NCBI GenBank assembly: GCA_051744245.1
Contig: JBNJCV010000001.1
Coordinates: forward strand, 1 to 59,029
Length of the DNA stretch: 59,029 bases
Direction of reading: 5' to 3'
From: Actinomycetota bacterium
GTDB lineage: Bacteria; Actinomycetota; Humimicrobiia; Humimicrobiales; Humimicrobiaceae
The notes beneath the pieces were generated by a model. That model was given only the letters and a program-made list of their open reading frames with translations. It did not search any database and was not told the origin of the DNA. Position 1 is the first letter of the stretch. Each line of letters opens with the position of its first letter. This document shows, piece by piece, positions 54,830-59,029 of the stretch. A program made the translations under genes and the position numbers.

Positions 54830-55258
54830 ATGGAAATAGAAGGCTATAATTTTTTAGAAGGCTTGTATTATGACAAAAACCATTTCTGGGCTAAAGAAGA
54901 AGGTGGAAATGTTGTGGTAGGGGCCACTGATTTTTTCCAGAAGCTGGCTGGCGACATTGTTTTTATTGAGCTGCCCATGGAAGGTACAAAGGTGGAGCAG
55001 GGTAAAAGCTTTTCTTCACTGGAATCAGGTAAGTGGGTAGGAAAAGTCTTTGCCCCGGTTTCAGGGGAAATAGTGGAGGTAAACGAAGATTTAGAAGATG
55101 AGCCAGAACTTATAAATGAGTCCTGCTATGATGAGGGCTGGATAGTAAAAATAAAGCCTTCAGACCTTGATTCCGAGCTGGGAAACCTCATGGAGACAGG
55201 GCCGGAGCTGGAGGAATTTATAAAGAAAGAAGAAGCAGAACATGGGCAAAAAGATTAA
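54830..55258 (+). CDS. gcvH: Glycine-cleavage H-type lipoyl carrier protein
   Basis: GcvH fold with the lipoyl-Lys context SLESGKWVGKVFAPVSGEIVEVN and DEGWIVKIK. ATG at 54830 lies 8 nt after GGAGG. An in-frame ATG at 54815 abuts the upstream stop. Confidence 0.88.
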   Translation: MEIEGYNFLEGLYYDKNHFWAKEEGGNVVVGATDFFQKLAGDIVFIELPMEGTKVEQGKSFSSLESGKWVGKVFAPVSGEIVEVNEDLEDEPELINESCYDEGWIVKIKPSDLDSELGNLMETGPELEEFIKKEEAEHGQKD

Positions 55259-57083
55259 GATAGAAGTAGAGCCCATTGGAAAAAGGATTTACCTAAGAGA
55301 GCCTGCTAATGGATTGGAGGCTTTAACTGACAATGGCATAGGCATAAAATCGGTTTGTGGAGGCAAAGGCACTTGCGGCAAGTGCAGGATAATAATACTG
55401 AACCAAAAAGACATACCCTTAAATGCCCAGGAGAAAAAGGTACTGACCGCAGATGAGATAAAGAAGGGGGTAAGGCTTGCCTGCCAGCAAACATTCAGTA
55501 GCGATTTAGATATTTATGTACCTTCCTCATCACTTACCCAAGAGCAGAAGCTGCAGGTCATGGGGCAGGAGGAAAAAATAGAAGTTGACCCCGTGCTGGA
55601 CAAATACCACCTGAAGCTGGAGCAAGCCACATTGGAGGACATGGCTCCTGATTTTGACAGGATGAAGGCAGCTTTAAAGAAAGATCATTCTGCCAGTGCT
55701 GAAAATATAGATTTCAGTGCTTTAAAAGAGATGCCCGGGGCAATAAGGCAAAACAGCTGGGAAATTACTGTAACCCTGAGGGAAAGGGAAATAATTGGTG
55801 TAGAAGGCGGAGATAAGGCTGGGAAAAAATACGGGTTGGCAATAGATTTAGGCACCACCAAGATTGCATTACTGCTGGTAGACCTTTCAAGCGGCAAGAC
55901 GGTTGCCAGCAAGGGCATAATGAATCCACAAATTTCTTATGGTGAAGATGTCATGAGCAGGCTTAACTTTGCCATATCAGAAAAAGGCAACACCAAAAAG
56001 ATCCAGAAGGCGGCTACCGATGATATAAACAGTGCCTTGGAAGAGTTGTGTAAAAAAGAAGGCATAAAGGCAAGGGAAATACTGGAGATGACCGTGGTTG
56101 GCAATACTGCTATGCACCACCTGTTTTTAGGATTGCCGGTAAGGCCCCTTAGCTTTTCTCCGTTTGTGGCTCTTAGCGGGCAGCCTTTGAATATAAAGGC
56201 AAGGGAGGTTGGGATTAACATATCCCCAGGAGCTTATATTTACCTGCTTCCCCCTATAGCAGGATATGTGGGGTCTGATCATCTTGCCATGCTTTTGGCC
56301 ACTGGCATCCAGGAGCAGAAAGGAAATGTAATCGGGATTGATATCGGAACTAATACAGAGATTTGCCTTAAAACGGCAAAAAGTTTAACCAGCGTATCTA
56401 CAGCTTCCGGACCAGCATTTGAGGGAGCTCATATAAAGCATGGGATGCGGGCAGCCCCCGGAGCCATTGAAAGGGTGGTAATAGAGCCGGAAAGCTATAA
56501 GCCGGTTATACAAACTATTGGAGATAGGAAACCGGTGGGTATTTGCGGTTCTGGAATACTTGACGCTGTGGCCGAGCTGAGGAAGGCAGAGCTTATAAAT
56601 ACCAGGGGCAAGTTTGACCAGGATTCTAAATTTCTCAGAAAGGACGGCAAGGGCAATTTAGAGTACTTGCTGAAAGACAAGGATGATGGCAGTGAAATTA
56701 TTTCCATAAATCAGAAGGATATATCAGAGATACAGCTGGCCAAGGGGGCAATGAGGGCAGGTATAGAAATACTGATGGCAAATGCAGGGATAACCTTTGA
56801 TAAGATAGATAAAATAATTATTGCTGGCGCTTTTGGCTCTTATATAGATCCTAAGAATGTTGTAAATATAGGGATGTTTCCCAATGTTGCAATTAAAAAA
56901 ATAGTTCAGGTTGGAAACGCAGCAGGGGTAGGAGCCAAGATGGTGCTAATTTCCAGGGAAAAACGGCTGGAGGCTGAAAGGCTAGCCAGAAAAGTAAATT
57001 ACCTGGAGCTTACCACCCATCCGCAATTTAATGACCATTTTGTAAAAAGCATGCAATTTCCTGAACCTGATAGTATAATTTGA
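55242..57083 (+). CDS. Second RACo-type corrinoid reductive activase (2Fe-2S ferredoxin plus ASKHA ATPase)
   Basis: CGGKGTCGKCRI ferredoxin motif with IDLGTTK and IDIGTNTE ASKHA motifs, 613 aa. Paralog of the ORF at 28571. Overlaps the gcvH end by 17 nt. Confidence 0.85.
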   Translation: MGKKIKIEVEPIGKRIYLREPANGLEALTDNGIGIKSVCGGKGTCGKCRIIILNQKDIPLNAQEKKVLTADEIKKGVRLACQQTFSSDLDIYVPSSSLTQEQKLQVMGQEEKIEVDPVLDKYHLKLEQATLEDMAPDFDRMKAALKKDHSASAENIDFSALKEMPGAIRQNSWEITVTLREREIIGVEGGDKAGKKYGLAIDLGTTKIALLLVDLSSGKTVASKGIMNPQISYGEDVMSRLNFAISEKGNTKKIQKAATDDINSALEELCKKEGIKAREILEMTVVGNTAMHHLFLGLPVRPLSFSPFVALSGQPLNIKAREVGINISPGAYIYLLPPIAGYVGSDHLAMLLATGIQEQKGNVIGIDIGTNTEICLKTAKSLTSVSTASGPAFEGAHIKHGMRAAPGAIERVVIEPESYKPVIQTIGDRKPVGICGSGILDAVAELRKAELINTRGKFDQDSKFLRKDGKGNLEYLLKDKDDGSEIISINQKDISEIQLAKGAMRAGIEILMANAGITFDKIDKIIIAGAFGSYIDPKNVVNIGMFPNVAIKKIVQVGNAAGVGAKMVLISREKRLEAERLARKVNYLELTTHPQFNDHFVKSMQFPEPDSII

Positions 57084-57088
57084 TCCTA

Positions 57089-57919
57089 ATGAATTTGAAT
57101 TTTTACAAGAAGAAAAAAAATATTTTTATATTAACCATGTCAATACTTTTAGCAGTGTTGATTTTGTTTATCATGTCGCCAGCTATAGGCTGCAGGGTTA
57201 TAGAAATGGGAAATAATTCAACCGGATCCCAACAGCAGGCCGGAGACCTTGCCGGTAAAGATAGTTGGACAGTGGGAACAGATGCTTCTTACCCGCCCTT
57301 TGAATTTTTAAACAAGGAAGGAAATATCGAAGGGTTTGATATTGATATTATAAACAAGATTGCCACAGATATGGAAAAGAAAGTAACTATTGAAAATATT
57401 GCCTACGATGCTCTATTTATCAACCTGCAGGAAGGGAAAATAGATTTAATAATTTCAGCCATTACCGCCACGGAGGATAAAAAAGACCAGGTTGATTACA
57501 GCCAGTCTTATTATGTGCTTGAGTATACCCTTTTGGTTTTAAGCGATACAGAAATAAAGCTAAAAGAAGAACTTGCCAATAAGGAAATAGGGATCCTGGA
57601 TATTGCCAGCGAGAGCCTGGGTGAGGATATACTTTCAAATTACAGGATACAGCCTTACAAGGATATAAAGGTAATGTCAGAGGATTTAAGGAATAGAAAA
57701 ATTGACGGGGCCATAGTTTCAATTCCCATAGCAGTAAACCTTTTGGGGGAAGTGGAGAAACCTTATAAAGTAATTGAGGTTTTTAAGTCAAGCAAGGAAT
57801 TTGTTATAGCGCTGAGGAAAAATTCAGGAGTGCTGGAAGAAATAAACGGGGCTATAGAAGATATGCATGAAAACAACACTTTTGTTGAGATCTATGATAA
57901 GTGGTTTTTTCTTGACTGA
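57089..57919 (+). CDS. Family-3 (amino-acid type) ABC substrate-binding lipoprotein, orphan
   Basis: Signal peptide with lipobox (LILFIMSPAIGC). SBP_bac_3-like motifs are GTDASYPPFEF and GFDIDI. No permease or ATPase gene is nearby. Confidence 0.8.
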   Translation: MNLNFYKKKKNIFILTMSILLAVLILFIMSPAIGCRVIEMGNNSTGSQQQAGDLAGKDSWTVGTDASYPPFEFLNKEGNIEGFDIDIINKIATDMEKKVTIENIAYDALFINLQEGKIDLIISAITATEDKKDQVDYSQSYYVLEYTLLVLSDTEIKLKEELANKEIGILDIASESLGEDILSNYRIQPYKDIKVMSEDLRNRKIDGAIVSIPIAVNLLGEVEKPYKVIEVFKSSKEFVIALRKNSGVLEEINGAIEDMHENNTFVEIYDKWFFLD

Positions 57920-57936
57920 TTTTTTGCTTAGTTTTT

Positions 57937-57996
57937 TGGTAAATTATTAACCAGTAATGTTATAATATTTACATATTATTATCACTATAGTTATTA
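57937..57996 (+). promoter_or_regulatory. Promoter-like hexamers plus an imperfect 18-bp palindrome upstream of acsE
   Basis: TTGGTA (57937-57942), 18 nt, TATAAT (57961-57966). TTATCACTATAGTTATTA (57979-57996) follows, with 7 of 9 pairs complementary and core ACTATAGT, abutting the RBS. Confidence 0.35.
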
Positions 57997-58006
57997 GGGG
58001 GAAAAC

Positions 58007-58804
58007 ATGCTAATAGTTGGCGAAAATATTAGCGTTGCTTCGCAAGCAGTGTCAGATGCTATTAAGAACAGGGATGCAGGTCCGATAGTGGATATGGCCA
58101 AAGAGCAAAAAGAAGCAGGAGCACATTATGTGGATGTAAACATAGGTCCTGCAACCAAAAAAGGCGATGAGCTCATGCAGTGGGTGGTAAAAACTATCCA
58201 GGCAGAAGTGGACGTCCCTTTAGCTTTGGACACCAAGAATGTTGAGGCTATTGAGGCTGGACTTGAGGTACACGAAGGCCAGGCAATGATTAATTCTGTT
58301 ACCGGGGATAAGGATAAGCTGGATGCTCTTATGCCTCTTGCTGCAAAATATAATAGCAAGATTGTAGGGATTGCCTTAACCAAGAAGGGTGTTCCCCCCG
58401 ATGTTGATAGCAGGGTAGAGATTATAATGGATATAGTAAATTCTGCCATGGAGCACGGGTTACCTTTTGAGAACCTGTATTTGGACCCGGTGGCATTGCC
58501 GGTAGCAGTATTGCAGGAACAGGTGCACAATTGTGTCGAGGCAGTAAAAGTTTTCAAGCAGTTAGAGGAGCTTATGGGATTACCTGAGTCTCCAAGGACT
58601 ATAGTGGGGCTTAGCAATGTTTCGCAGTCTTCACCGCCTGAGCTAAAAAGCCTGCTTAACCGGACTTATCTGGTAATACTTCTTAGCAATGGGCTGGATG
58701 CGGCAATAATTGATCCCCTGGATGAAGAGATGGTAAAAGCAATTAAAACTTTTGATATCCTTACTAACAGGATTTTATATGCTCATTCTTATCTGGATAG
58801 ATAA
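58007..58804 (+). CDS. acsE: Methyltetrahydrofolate:corrinoid iron-sulfur protein methyltransferase
   Basis: Pterin-binding TIM barrel. It is collinear with the Moorella MeTr sequence as I recall it (MLI.GE.I, D.N.GPA, AMINS, LY.DP, GLSNVSQ, GLDAAI.D). Confidence 0.9.
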   Translation: MLIVGENISVASQAVSDAIKNRDAGPIVDMAKEQKEAGAHYVDVNIGPATKKGDELMQWVVKTIQAEVDVPLALDTKNVEAIEAGLEVHEGQAMINSVTGDKDKLDALMPLAAKYNSKIVGIALTKKGVPPDVDSRVEIIMDIVNSAMEHGLPFENLYLDPVALPVAVLQEQVHNCVEAVKVFKQLEELMGLPESPRTIVGLSNVSQSSPPELKSLLNRTYLVILLSNGLDAAIIDPLDEEMVKAIKTFDILTNRILYAHSYLDR

Positions 58805-58853
58805 ATAAAAAATGTGATTGCAAAATATTATACTTCTATGATATATTGGATTT

Positions 58854-58914
58854 GGAGGAGAGTTTTTAAGAAGTGGCGTCCAGGCTTTTTAAAAGATACT
58901 CTCCTCCTTTTTTT
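58854..58914 (+). terminator. Strong intrinsic terminator after acsE
   Basis: GGAGGAGAGT (58854-58863) pairs perfectly with ACTCTCCTCC (58898-58907). The stem is extended by TTTTAA/TTAAAA and followed by TTTTTTT. Confidence 0.8.
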
Positions 58915-59029
58915 GTGCCTTGTTCTCGTATAATCCTTTATACTATTTAGTATAAAAGTATTAACAAAGATTATAATATATAGATTAATATAATTTGTCA
59001 ATTAATTTTAATTATTATTGTGATTATTA

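Noticed and set aside
54830-55258. Reading gcvH as evidence for a glycine cleavage or reductive glycine system in this window.
   Set aside because: No gcvT, gcvP or lpdA genes are present. A lone gcvH is a known passenger of WL clusters.
1-59029. A window-wide look for CRISPR arrays, IS/transposase or integrase genes, phage genes, toxin-antitoxin or defence-system genes, and long direct or inverted repeats bounding the BMC locus.
   Set aside because: No repeat-spacer periodicity and no transposase, integrase or defence-like ORFs were found in the six-frame track. I saw no flanking repeats at 40604-40641 or around 54815-58006, so there is no evidence that the BMC locus is a recent mobile insertion.

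Overview
This is a 59-kb chromosomal window from a low-GC, anaerobe-like bacterium. All calls were made by eye from the ORF translations and the raw sequence; no searches were run.

**General content.** Core synteny is Bacillota-like: obg-proB-proA-nadD-yqeK-LCP-rsfS-leuS, then comEA-comEC-holA-rpsT-murJ-lepA. I recognised no rRNA, tRNA, CRISPR, IS or phage genes.

**Accessory patch (about 9.7-14.3 kb).** It holds a 5'-truncated, frameshifted mmsA/iolA-type aldehyde dehydrogenase remnant, a GntR regulator and a DJ-1/PfpI protein. It also holds a soluble histidine kinase with a Rossmann-like N-domain and a stand-alone receiver.

**Right-hand 38 kb: anaerobic carbon and energy metabolism.**
- dhaL-dhaK.
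- A NuoE/F/G-like flavin/FeS module. Its NuoE-like subunit carries an N-terminal Fur-type DNA-binding domain and sits behind a perfect 7-1-7 Fur box.
- A DUF1638 gene and an atypical Fur-family regulator with its own palindromic operator.
- A Wood-Ljungdahl (WL) cluster: acsV/RACo, cooC, acsD, acsA, acsB, acsC, fhs, folD, then gcvH, a second RACo and acsE.

**Most unusual feature.** A complete bacterial microcompartment (BMC, metabolosome) locus is nested inside the WL cluster.
- Shell genes: 4 BMC-P, 2 BMC-H and 2 PduT-like BMC-T.
- Enzymes and regulators: a PduS/RnfC-like flavo-FeS protein, a class II aldolase, PduL, a CoA-acylating aldehyde dehydrogenase, a butyrate-kinase-family kinase, and DeoR and BlaI-like regulators.
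- The locus runs with minimal gaps into larA, a glcD/glcF-like 2-hydroxyacid dehydrogenase, gcvH, the second RACo and acsE.
- No alcohol dehydrogenase is present. This suggests electron export through FeS shell proteins, possibly with the WL pathway as the sink.

Whether any of this is truly undescribed needs database comparison.
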